A stretch of 64,000 bases of DNA, taken from a virus. Shown in pieces: positions 55,672 to 63,216 of this stretch. The stretch spans positions 18,024-82,023 of IMG/VR virus record IMGVR_UViG_3300048838_000628. One strand, 5' to 3'. Both the position numbers and the translations under genes were made by a program. How positions within the stretch are numbered: position 1 is the stretch's first letter; each line of letters starts with the position of its first letter. The notes under the pieces are model-generated. The model saw nothing but the letters and a program-made list of their open reading frames with translations. It was not told the DNA's origin and made no database searches.

Positions 55672-55808
55672 TGTTGACGATATTTGCGGGCATCATCGGC
55701 ATGATTGGCAATCTTGTTATCGCTGGCGAAACGAGTTTGTCGGGTTTATTTATTTTTCTTGTGCTGTTGTTTTTTATTATCTTAGCAGAAGGAATTAAGA
55801 AAAAATAA
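55671..55808 (+). CDS. 45-aa membrane peptide (not in track)
   Basis: MLTIFAGIIG...IILAEGIKKK; TAATG coupling. Confidence 0.55.
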   Translation: MLTIFAGIIGMIGNLVIAGETSLSGLFIFLVLLFFIILAEGIKKK

Positions 55809-55838
55809 GTCGGCTAATGGTATGATTCCGCCAATCAC

Positions 55839-56282
55839 ATGGAGGTCGAAATGGAAATCCTTTTTGTTTTCCTTCTCGTAACAATTGTGGGGATGTTTGT
55901 CAAAACATCTAATCTCAATTATCGGCTTGATCGGGAAATTGCACGGTCGGCGAAGAATAATGACCAGTTGGAATTTATTGTGAGCAACAATGTTTTCCTT
56001 GCTGGCGAATCTGTGCAAGAAGATGTTATTCACGATTTAATTCTGCGCTTCGTAGAAACAGAAACCGGTTTTGTTTTTCAAATCTGGAACATGACAACTA
56101 ATGAGCTTGTCAAAGAGTTTGATCGCTTTGATCATAAAGTTTACGATTTCTGGTTGTTTTATACAGACAAGAATCGTGCAGCAGAGATTAAGTATTTCCA
56201 AGAAATGCAGAGAATAGAAAAGCAAACAGAGAAACAAAAGCAGGAAACACTTGACCGGATTCGCAAGGATTATGGAGTTTGA
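55839..56282 (+). CDS. N-terminal TM hypothetical protein (start probably 55851)
   Basis: GGAGG RBS. Confidence 0.65.
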   Translation: MEVEMEILFVFLLVTIVGMFVKTSNLNYRLDREIARSAKNNDQLEFIVSNNVFLAGESVQEDVIHDLILRFVETETGFVFQIWNMTTNELVKEFDRFDHKVYDFWLFYTDKNRAAEIKYFQEMQRIEKQTEKQKQETLDRIRKDYGV

Positions 56283-56659
56283 CAATGAACATTCGTGTTG
56301 ATATGAAAAACTACAAGTGTTGGGTAGATAACATATCTTTCTCCGTGCATCGTTTATGTGATTTCCGTTCGTTCGTAGTTGAGGCTTTTGATCAACTTAT
56401 GGACGGGCAGAAACTGATTATCTTCGGGCAAGAATATACAAAATACGATAATATCGCTATAAGCATTTCTGGAACTGTAATTGCATTCCAAGAAGGTTAC
56501 AGTGACATTGACGGCGAATATTATCAAGCAAACTTCATGTTATTTCTAGAAAGTCGCTACGATCTTCCTCAATTGCAAAACTTGTTTTATTTCGCTGTAG
56601 AAGGCGGTGCAGGTATTTCTGATATTCGTTTGACAAAACAAGGAGTTGACCCACGATGA
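56279..56659 (+). CDS. hypothetical protein
   Basis: In-operon ORF. Confidence 0.6.
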   Translation: MTMNIRVDMKNYKCWVDNISFSVHRLCDFRSFVVEAFDQLMDGQKLIIFGQEYTKYDNIAISISGTVIAFQEGYSDIDGEYYQANFMLFLESRYDLPQLQNLFYFAVEGGAGISDIRLTKQGVDPR

Positions 56660-56889
56660 AATTTATCACTATTCCAGCACAAGACGCAATCATATACAAA
56701 GAGAAATATCTCACTAAACTGGACATGTTAATTCGTGTAGGTTATACTTACTACAGCGATGTCGAGCGCGGCTTTTACGTCCTGCGTTTTCGTGACACTA
56801 TTCTCGCTCCAGAGACACAGGAACAGTTTGATATTTTTATTAACACTCTGAATTCGTGCGGCGTCTTTTATTTCATCAAGGAGCTATAA
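56656..56889 (+). CDS. hypothetical protein
   Basis: AGGAG RBS; ATGA overlap. Confidence 0.6.
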   Translation: MKFITIPAQDAIIYKEKYLTKLDMLIRVGYTYYSDVERGFYVLRFRDTILAPETQEQFDIFINTLNSCGVFYFIKEL

Positions 56890-57125
56890 TGCCTAAGAAA
56901 GAAATTCGCTTTGTTTTGCTCAAGCAGGAACTCGAATACTCACCCCAACTCTATGAATTCCTGCATGAAGAAGGTTTGCCTTTCAGTGGCGGGAACAGTG
57001 TAATTCATATTGACGAGCGCTGGTGGTATGACGATTATCTTAATCTCACTTGGAACTTGCAGCGTCAGGAACAATTTGCTAGTAAAGGAATTCACTCTGA
57101 AGTACGTATTGTCATGCTGGTCTAG
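56889..57125 (+). CDS. hypothetical protein, paralog family B
   Basis: ELEYSPQLYEFLHEEGLPF. Confidence 0.6.
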   Translation: MPKKEIRFVLLKQELEYSPQLYEFLHEEGLPFSGGNSVIHIDERWWYDDYLNLTWNLQRQEQFASKGIHSEVRIVMLV

Positions 57126-57232
57126 AATCGCGTTCTAATAGCCCTAGGAACGACGTTTAACGATTCAACGATAGATGATAAGCATATGACCGTTATCGTC
57201 GTTTCTAGGTACTGTAGAAAAGGAATTTCACT

Positions 57233-57493
57233 ATGTTTGAAGACAATCTCATATTGTTTTGCACAAAAACTATAGAATTGGCCGATTCCGAAGAACTCAT
57301 TCTTGTTCTTGAACGCAACGGGATTGAATACAAGCGCATTAAAGGTGATCTTATCGCTGGTGATACAATTCGTGTTAAAGAAATGATGTTTGAAGATAAA
57401 TTTGGCAATATCGAAGCGCGTATTGCACAAGCGCAAGAATTAGACGAAGTTTGCGTTTTCGCTTATATTTTAGTAGGGGCAAGGGAGATATGA
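57233..57493 (+). CDS. hypothetical protein, paralog family B
   Basis: ELADSEELILVLERNGIEY. Confidence 0.6.
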   Translation: MFEDNLILFCTKTIELADSEELILVLERNGIEYKRIKGDLIAGDTIRVKEMMFEDKFGNIEARIAQAQELDEVCVFAYILVGAREI

Positions 57494-57795
57494 GATACGG
57501 CAAATTTTTACAAACATACGGTTATTTAAGAATTCAAAAAGAAAGATTATATGAAGACCCTGATGACGGGCATAACCAAATTGGCGATAAATATTTGGCA
57601 AGAAAGTTTACTTATGTTTATTATGAGTTAAAAGATTCTAAAAGAATAATTAGAGTTAGCGAAGCGAATAAAAAAGAGTATGAAATTACCGTTATTCAGT
57701 ATGAATATACTGTTACTAGGAGAGTAAAAACAGAGCTTTATCTTTTGTTCGATCACATTAACGCTTTAGCTGATAAAGTTGAAAGGATGCTATAA
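57490..57795 (+). CDS. hypothetical protein
   Basis: AAGGGAG RBS; ATGA overlap. Confidence 0.6.
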   Translation: MRYGKFLQTYGYLRIQKERLYEDPDDGHNQIGDKYLARKFTYVYYELKDSKRIIRVSEANKKEYEITVIQYEYTVTRRVKTELYLLFDHINALADKVERML

Positions 57796-57968
57796 TGGAC
57801 ATTTTCATTGTTGTTTTAACTGCAATTTACAAAGATGATACTATTATTAGCAGTGTATATTTTACTACAGAACAAAAAGCTAAAGATTATATAAACGTTA
57901 TGTTAGAAAGACACAACGATCAACCTTATCATGCTGGCGTAATGAAAATAAGATTATATAGCGCTTGA
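57795..57968 (+). CDS. 57-aa hypothetical protein (not in track)
   Basis: MDIFIVV...YFTTEQKAKDYI; TAATG coupling. Confidence 0.55.
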   Translation: MDIFIVVLTAIYKDDTIISSVYFTTEQKAKDYINVMLERHNDQPYHAGVMKIRLYSA

Positions 57969-57993
57969 CAGGCATCGCAGACTGTGCTACAAT
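57965..57993 (+). promoter_or_regulatory. sigma70-type promoter upstream of tRNA-Leu
   Basis: TTGACA-17-TACAAT with TGTG. Confidence 0.82.
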
Positions 57994-58021
57994 AGTGATT
58001 GCTGGTAGTGAGGAGAGAGAT

Positions 58022-58336
58022 ATGAAGTTTAAGGTTTATAGCGTACAAGAAATTTTAGCAACTAAGTTAATCCCTAGCGGTTTATCAATTACTAAAAATC
58101 AGTATGAATCGCTTGGTAGACAACTGACAATCATTAATGCTCTAAGATTTATAATTTGCGCTTTAGTATTTTCTTCACCCTTTACTGCTTTATTTGCTTA
58201 TGTGCTTTCTGGTATATTTATTAGAGGGATATATCAGGATTATGAAAATTATCTATATGGCTATAGTTACATGCTTGGGTTGAACCCACAGATACTAAAA
58301 GGACTTAAGAAAGCTGCTGAAGAACTAAAAGAGTGA
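58022..58336 (+). CDS. membrane protein
   Basis: GAGGAG RBS before MKFKVY; hydrophobic hairpin. Confidence 0.6.
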   Translation: MKFKVYSVQEILATKLIPSGLSITKNQYESLGRQLTIINALRFIICALVFSSPFTALFAYVLSGIFIRGIYQDYENYLYGYSYMLGLNPQILKGLKKAAEELKE

Positions 58337-58343
58337 TTATTTA

Positions 58344-58417
58344 GCCGGTGTATCCCAATGGGCAGAGGAAACTGACTTAAAATCAGTAAAGTGTGGGTTC
58401 GAGTCCCACCACCGGTA
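58344..58417 (+). tRNA. tRNA-Leu(UAA), short variable arm
   Basis: GCCGGTG/CACCGGT acceptor; ACTGA-CT TAA AA-TCAGT; T-arm GTGGG-TTCGAGT-CCCAC. Confidence 0.9.
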
Positions 58418-58439
58418 CAAAATTTATATAGAGGATAAG

Positions 58440-58694
58440 ATGGATGGGCTAAAGAAATTAAAAGTATTTCTCATCGTTAACGCTTGCGCTTTAGAACACA
58501 ATCCTATGCTAGTTCATTTATTAATTGATAACAAAATAGAGTTCAAATTACAGGAAACTAAAGGCGAAGCAAGAGTTCTTATTTACGAAAACGAAATATA
58601 TAGTGAGTTAGAGGCGAAGGATATCGCCAAAAAAATAGTTGTTCTTGCTTGGTTAAAATCGTATCGCGTCCCTTGTCATATTACAATAATGTGA
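58440..58694 (+). CDS. hypothetical protein, paralog family B
   Basis: ALEHNPMLVHLLIDNKIEF. Confidence 0.6.
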   Translation: MDGLKKLKVFLIVNACALEHNPMLVHLLIDNKIEFKLQETKGEARVLIYENEIYSELEAKDIAKKIVVLAWLKSYRVPCHITIM

Positions 58695-58701
58695 GGATGA
58701 A

Positions 58702-58962
58702 ATGAAAAACGTATATAAAGTATACCATTTCAAGAGCGATAACACTGTTGGTATTTATACTCAAACAGCAAATGATATTGAAACAGTCGAAGAATATTTC
58801 AAAGATAGTATTGCTTACAAAGACCTTTGTGAAAAGAACGGCGGGCAACACGCTATGGTAAATTATACTAAAGATCGCATTATAATGGAATTTTTATTCC
58901 AGCAAAGTGAATATTATCCGTACAATAGAGATATTATTATTATCCAAAAATTGGAGGAATAA
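58702..58962 (+). CDS. hypothetical protein
   Basis: GAGGA RBS. Confidence 0.6.
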   Translation: MKNVYKVYHFKSDNTVGIYTQTANDIETVEEYFKDSIAYKDLCEKNGGQHAMVNYTKDRIIMEFLFQQSEYYPYNRDIIIIQKLEE

Positions 58963-59156
58963 TGACGCTAATTTCAATAGCCGTATTTTTAATGTTGCTC
59001 TTTCACACACTTATCGTCATAGCCTCTATCTATTCGCTCTATGAAGATTTTCAGCAGTTTAGACCAATAGAAAAAGGGTTCCTACTGTTTATTATTATTA
59101 ATATACTTTTTGTCATATTCTATTTGTTCCTATTTCGTTACATAGGATGGCAATAA
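58962..59156 (+). CDS. 2-TM membrane protein
   Basis: Hydrophobic; GGAGG RBS. Confidence 0.6.
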   Translation: MTLISIAVFLMLLFHTLIVIASIYSLYEDFQQFRPIEKGFLLFIIINILFVIFYLFLFRYIGWQ

Positions 59157-59320
59157 TGAATAAGTGGGCGATCACAGTTGTTCTTTATATCATTAATATT
59201 ATTATCGTTGGCTTCACAATTGTTTATGATATATCGGCATTGTTTGCAATTTTTGCAACCGTTTTTTGTTTGCTGTTAGTGTTTTTAGCGCATAATGGAG
59301 TTGACAATGGTAATAGATGA
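59156..59320 (+). CDS. 54-aa 2-TM membrane protein (not in track)
   Basis: MNKWAITVVLYII...; TAATG coupling. Confidence 0.55.
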   Translation: MNKWAITVVLYIINIIIVGFTIVYDISALFAIFATVFCLLLVFLAHNGVDNGNR

Positions 59321-59579
59321 AAATGTTATTCGTATTGTTAAAGCAACATATCGTCAACGTGTTAATAGTTTCTTTTTATATCGCGATTTAATCGTTAGTT
59401 TTTCGTCACCAAAAGTCGAGTTCCCGTATAAATTAATTGTTAACAATAAAAATTATTATACATTCCCGCCATCAAGCACATTTCTTCAGGACGGCAAAAA
59501 TTATCAACTAACACTAAGTTTTAATCGTTCAATGGTTCCGACTATTATTTCTATTGAGGAGATTGTTGATGAACGTTAG
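59295..59579 (+). CDS. hypothetical protein
   Basis: In-operon ORF. Confidence 0.55.
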   Translation: MELTMVIDENVIRIVKATYRQRVNSFFLYRDLIVSFSSPKVEFPYKLIVNNKNYYTFPPSSTFLQDGKNYQLTLSFNRSMVPTIISIEEIVDER

Positions 59580-59895
59580 TTATGTTAATCCAGAAGAACT
59601 TCTTCGGCTTTATTCAATTGATAAAAACCCTTTGCTTGTAATTAATATTTGGTCAGGAAACGAAGAAATAGTTTATGAAACGTTTTGCGAAATTGGTAAT
59701 TTGTTAGAAATGGTATTTCCTTTTGAAGAAGATACTGACAAGGCTATGACCGGTTATATTATTCTTGAATTTAATAATCTTGAATCCGCAGTTGACGCAT
59801 TTGATAAATTAGATAATCAACTCTACTTAGTTGATGCACTTGTGCTTGATAACGGTGTTGTTGTTAAGCAAAGTATTGATGACGGGTTTGAATAA
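59554..59895 (+). CDS. acidic hypothetical protein
   Basis: GAGGAG RBS. Confidence 0.6.
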   Translation: MRRLLMNVSYVNPEELLRLYSIDKNPLLVINIWSGNEEIVYETFCEIGNLLEMVFPFEEDTDKAMTGYIILEFNNLESAVDAFDKLDNQLYLVDALVLDNGVVVKQSIDDGFE

Positions 59896-60119
59896 TGGAT
59901 GAAAATACGACAGGATACACGGCTGTTGGCTGTTTTATTGTTATAATTTTTATCGTTGTGGCGGTTTTCTTTTGCAGTATCGGATATTTTCTTGTAACTA
60001 ATTTCCAGTACAATCTATCAAATGTAGATTATTGTAGAGAAAACTTTGCCGATACAGTTATCAGTGAAGTTCCTGTTAAATGCTATCCTATTTTTAACAT
60101 TCAAGCACCAGTGAGGTAG
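59895..60119 (+). CDS. TM protein with C...VPVKCY ectodomain
   Basis: Paralog of 60375..60605. Confidence 0.65.
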   Translation: MDENTTGYTAVGCFIVIIFIVVAVFFCSIGYFLVTNFQYNLSNVDYCRENFADTVISEVPVKCYPIFNIQAPVR

Positions 60120-60121
60120 TT

Positions 60122-60403
60122 ATGTATTTGAGTAGCAAAATTCACGATAAGAACGACTCATATACACGGATGTTGATTATCAAAGACTATACTGGGTTTA
60201 GTTATGCCTATATGTCCTATCGTAGCTATTTGCGCTGTTGGATTATTGAGCGTAGAGATATCGAGCATCTACTTCCTGCCAATCTTCTTCCGTATCGTTT
60301 CGCTACTTACACAGAATGTCTTAACCAGCTCTTGTCTATTATGGTCTATATGAATCAAAACAAGGAGAAATTTTATGAAAGCACTAAGCGATTTTCTTAC
60401 TGA
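60122..60403 (+). CDS. hypothetical protein
   Basis: GAGGT RBS. Confidence 0.6.
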   Translation: MYLSSKIHDKNDSYTRMLIIKDYTGFSYAYMSYRSYLRCWIIERRDIEHLLPANLLPYRFATYTECLNQLLSIMVYMNQNKEKFYESTKRFSY

Positions 60404-60605
60404 ACATTTTCCCAATATTCTTTTAATTCTTTTTGTCGCCTCATGGATTTTGCTTCTTATTATTATTGCAAGCGATTATAGTTCACCAGAAATGAAACAG
60501 AAAAAAGCATTTGAAACTCAAATCTGTGAAGAATACAGAAACAGAACAATTGATAAACTTCCCGTTGGCTGTTATGATTATTATGGAGTTAGCAATGACC
60601 AGTAG
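60375..60605 (+). CDS. TM protein with C...LPVGCY ectodomain
   Basis: AAGGAG RBS; paralog of 59895..60119. Confidence 0.65.
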   Translation: MKALSDFLTEHFPNILLILFVASWILLLIIIASDYSSPEMKQKKAFETQICEEYRNRTIDKLPVGCYDYYGVSNDQ

Positions 60606-60732
60606 TATCTTTCTTATATTCTTTTCTCTCGTATGTCTGTTTGCTGCACAATTTAATCCTACTTACTTTTGGTTGTTTCTTATCTCTGCTATTGCTTTCT
60701 TTATTGTTAGCATGAGAAAGGTAAACGAATGA
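60595..60732 (+). CDS. 2-TM membrane peptide (start MTSSIFL)
   Basis: GGAG RBS; hydrophobic. Confidence 0.5.
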   Translation: MTSSIFLIFFSLVCLFAAQFNPTYFWLFLISAIAFFIVSMRKVNE

Positions 60733-60953
60733 AACGCACATATCGCGTGTGCTATCCAGCTAAAGAAGCAAATAAAGAAAAAGCGAGAACAAAGATAGAA
60801 AATACTTTTAACTCCTATGAGAGCTTAAAATATTTGGGTGTTAAAGATGGGCACCATGAATTTCTCATGGAGACGACTGTAGCTAATCATTATGGTATAT
60901 ATAACATGAATAATTCAAGAGATTACGTACAACTAAAAAGCTTTAGTGCTTGA
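60729..60953 (+). CDS. hypothetical protein
   Basis: ATGA overlap. Confidence 0.6.
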   Translation: MKRTYRVCYPAKEANKEKARTKIENTFNSYESLKYLGVKDGHHEFLMETTVANHYGIYNMNNSRDYVQLKSFSA

Positions 60954-60978
60954 CAGCAAACTCGTCCTGTGGTACACT
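60950..60978 (+). promoter_or_regulatory. sigma70-type promoter upstream of tRNA cluster
   Basis: TTGACA-17-TACACT with TGTG. Confidence 0.8.
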
Positions 60979-61012
60979 GGTGTTGTAGTTCGTTCACAAG
61001 AAAGAGGATATA

Positions 61013-61261
61013 ATGAATTTACATACCTATACCGATGAAGAAATTGAGAATATTCTGAATGAAAATGAAGAACTTGTTGCTATTTTTGCTCTACCAGAAG
61101 ATGAGCTAAAACATACCGATCACTTTGTTAGCAGAAAGACGGCTAAATTTATGGCGCTAAAATCTGTTAGAGACTATTTGTACAAACGTCACAAATTGAT
61201 TTGTTTCGCTTATCCTATGTCTTATAAGGATTCTACAATCCGTTTATCAGACGGGGCTTAA
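61013..61261 (+). CDS. hypothetical protein
   Basis: GAGGA RBS. Confidence 0.6.
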   Translation: MNLHTYTDEEIENILNENEELVAIFALPEDELKHTDHFVSRKTAKFMALKSVRDYLYKRHKLICFAYPMSYKDSTIRLSDGA

Positions 61262-61371
61262 ATCTAACCATGGGTTGTATGTTATCCCATGACTTAGGGT
61301 ATATGATGAAAAAAACATAACCATTAATTAGTTTGTAGTGTTTTCCAGCAGGTTAAAATCTGTTGGAAAAT

Positions 61372-61443
61372 GCCATCGTAGTTTAATTGGCAGAACAACT
61401 GTTTTGTGAATAGTTGGTACGGGTTCAAATCCTGTCGATGGCT
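61372..61443 (+). tRNA. tRNA-Thr(UGU) with atypical G37
   Basis: GCCATCG/CGATGGC acceptor; ACTGT-TT TGT GA-ATAGT; T-loop TTCAAAT. Confidence 0.8.
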
Positions 61444-61478
61444 TTAAGGTTAATTTAAGGTTAAAAGGAAATAAAAAA

Positions 61479-61715
61479 ATGAACGAGATTACATTCGCAG
61501 ACTTACATAACAAGTGTTATAACTATACTTTAAGTAAAGATAATTTTGATAACGGTACGTTTCTTGAAATCGATGAAAAAGAGGAAGGAACGCTGTGCAA
61601 TTTATTTGTTGTCGGCGAAGTAATTGATTTTCTTGGAATAAAAATGCGCTGTACACAAAATTATGTTTGTACTGATTTATATAAGCAAACAAATATTTAT
61701 TTGGAGGTGATCTGA
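61479..61715 (+). CDS. hypothetical protein
   Basis: AAAGGA RBS. Confidence 0.6.
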   Translation: MNEITFADLHNKCYNYTLSKDNFDNGTFLEIDEKEEGTLCNLFVVGEVIDFLGIKMRCTQNYVCTDLYKQTNIYLEVI

Positions 61716-62002
61716 TGCCGCTTGTAGTGAACCGAAACTGGAAAGAAGATTTTATTCAAAAAGTAGAGAATAACGTCGAACTTCAAAAAATTGTTTCAGG
61801 CAGACCTTTTCGTAAAGATGGGCACGGAATAAGCGAAGAGCTTTTTAATCTGTTATCAGAACAGGTTGTAAAAGATTATCTAAACGAAAAACATGGCCTA
61901 GATATTGAAGTAGATATTCGTTGGGCACAAACACGTGAAATTATTGGATATAGGCTGAAAATCAGAGATTTTCAAGAGTTAAATAAGTTAAAGAGAGATT
62001 GA
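61715..62002 (+). CDS. hypothetical protein
   Basis: GGAGGT RBS; TGATG coupling. Confidence 0.65.
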   Translation: MPLVVNRNWKEDFIQKVENNVELQKIVSGRPFRKDGHGISEELFNLLSEQVVKDYLNEKHGLDIEVDIRWAQTREIIGYRLKIRDFQELNKLKRD

Positions 62003-62007
62003 TTACT

Positions 62008-62079
62008 AACTCTGTGGTGTAATGGCTAACATTCTTGCCTTTGAAGCAAGTGATTCTGGTTCGAGTCCAGACAGGGTTG
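62008..62079 (+). tRNA. tRNA-Gln(UUG)
   Basis: AACTCTG/CAGGGTT acceptor; CTTGC-CT TTG AA-GCAAG; G73. Confidence 0.88.
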
Positions 62080-62083
62080 CTAA

Positions 62084-62113
62084 GGGGCTGTAGCTCAATG
62101 GCAGAGTACGGTG
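62084..62113 (+). pseudogene. 5' tRNA fragment (Ala-like acceptor strand + D-arm)
   Basis: GGGGCTG-TA-GCTC-AATGGCA-GAGT, then no anticodon or T arm. Confidence 0.65.
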
Positions 62114-62135
62114 TAAAAGAGTTCTAGTTGTTTAA

Positions 62136-62208
62136 GCGGGCATGGTGTAACGGTCAAGCACAAACGTCTTATATACGTTTAGTTCCAGTTCAATTCTGGA
62201 TGCCCGTA
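62136..62208 (+). tRNA. tRNA-Ile(UAU)
   Basis: GCGGGCA/TGCCCGT acceptor; AACGT-CT TAT AT-ACGTT; TCCAG-TTCAATT-CTGGA; A73. Confidence 0.88.
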
Positions 62209-62230
62209 TTATTGAAAATCAGGTGAGTTT

Positions 62231-62779
62231 ATGAAAATTTGCTTAAATTGCGGTAAAGAAATTGGTAGTAAATGGAACTCTGTATTTTGTTCTAAAGATT
62301 GCTATTATAAATTTATGAAAAAAGATAATGATAGCAAAACTTGCATAAATTGCGGTATAAAAACCGATAAAAAGTTTTGTACGAAAAAGTGTTATAACGA
62401 ATTTATTAAAAATTACAAACTGAAATTATACTGTAAAAATTGTAACAAGCAATTATTAGGGCGTCGAATAACAAGTTTTTGCGACAGAAATTGTTATAAA
62501 AACTATTATAAAGAAAAAATAAACACTTTTTTTACAAAAAATTCTAAACATAATAGAGGCCACTTAAAAGACAAAATTATAGAATTTAAACTTCTAAATT
62601 ATTCATGTGAAGCTTGCGGTAATAATGGTGAATGGAATGGCAAGCCGTTAGTTTTGCAACTAGACCATGTTAACGGCAATAACACAGATAATAGATTGGA
62701 AAATTTAAGATTCCTTTGTCCAAATTGTCATACTCAGACAGATACTTTTGTTGGTAAAAATAGAAGAAAAAAGAAATAA
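62231..62779 (+). CDS. HNH endonuclease with three CxxC...FCxxxC Zn-finger repeats
   Basis: LQLDHVNGNNTDNRLENLRFLCPNCH. Confidence 0.92.
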   Translation: MKICLNCGKEIGSKWNSVFCSKDCYYKFMKKDNDSKTCINCGIKTDKKFCTKKCYNEFIKNYKLKLYCKNCNKQLLGRRITSFCDRNCYKNYYKEKINTFFTKNSKHNRGHLKDKIIEFKLLNYSCEACGNNGEWNGKPLVLQLDHVNGNNTDNRLENLRFLCPNCHTQTDTFVGKNRRKKK

Positions 62780-62780
62780 A

Positions 62781-62799
62781 TTTCCGGTACGCTCCACTA
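62781..62799 (+). pseudogene. possible 3' tRNA fragment (T-stem 3' strand + acceptor, U70/A73)
   Basis: TT-CCGGT-ACGCTCC-A-CTA right after the HNH stop. Confidence 0.35.
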
Positions 62800-62819
62800 T
62801 TGTTATTTAGGAGGTTAAA

Positions 62820-63215
62820 ATGAGTAAAGTTCTAGTTAATTTCGATCATCCAATTGCAGATTTTGAACTAAATTACGAATATCATAGAAGTAAAATAAAA
62901 AGAGGATATGATTTTATTTATGAAAACAAATATTCTATTGAGTATTCTATTTCGCTTTTTCAGGTTACTATAACTTATGTAGATAAACTTCATCCTGATC
63001 GTTGGGTTTCATGGGGGGATAATTACTATAAAACCTTTGTAGTAAAGTACAAAGTCGTGGATGGCAAAATTGTCATTCAAGAAAACAAAATTAAAGATTT
63101 AGAACTATACAACGAAAAACAATTTGTAATTCACGATTTTGTTCTTTCTAATCCTGTCATTACTAACGCTATGTTGGAAATTAATGAGATCGCTAGAAAA
63201 AGGTTGGGGGTATAA
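62820..63215 (+). CDS. hypothetical protein
   Basis: AGGAGG RBS. Confidence 0.7.
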   Translation: MSKVLVNFDHPIADFELNYEYHRSKIKRGYDFIYENKYSIEYSISLFQVTITYVDKLHPDRWVSWGDNYYKTFVVKYKVVDGKIVIQENKIKDLELYNEKQFVIHDFVLSNPVITNAMLEINEIARKRLGV

Positions 63216-63216
63216 G

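Noticed and set aside
61372-61443. tRNA-His(GUG) reading
   Set aside because: Centering GTG destroys the anticodon stem; the TGT register gives 5 bp and the GCC acceptor fits Thr.
62084-62799. tmRNA or group I intron-split tRNA
   Set aside because: The 5' piece has a true D-arm, no complete 3' exon exists, and no intron core or tag reading frame was recognised.
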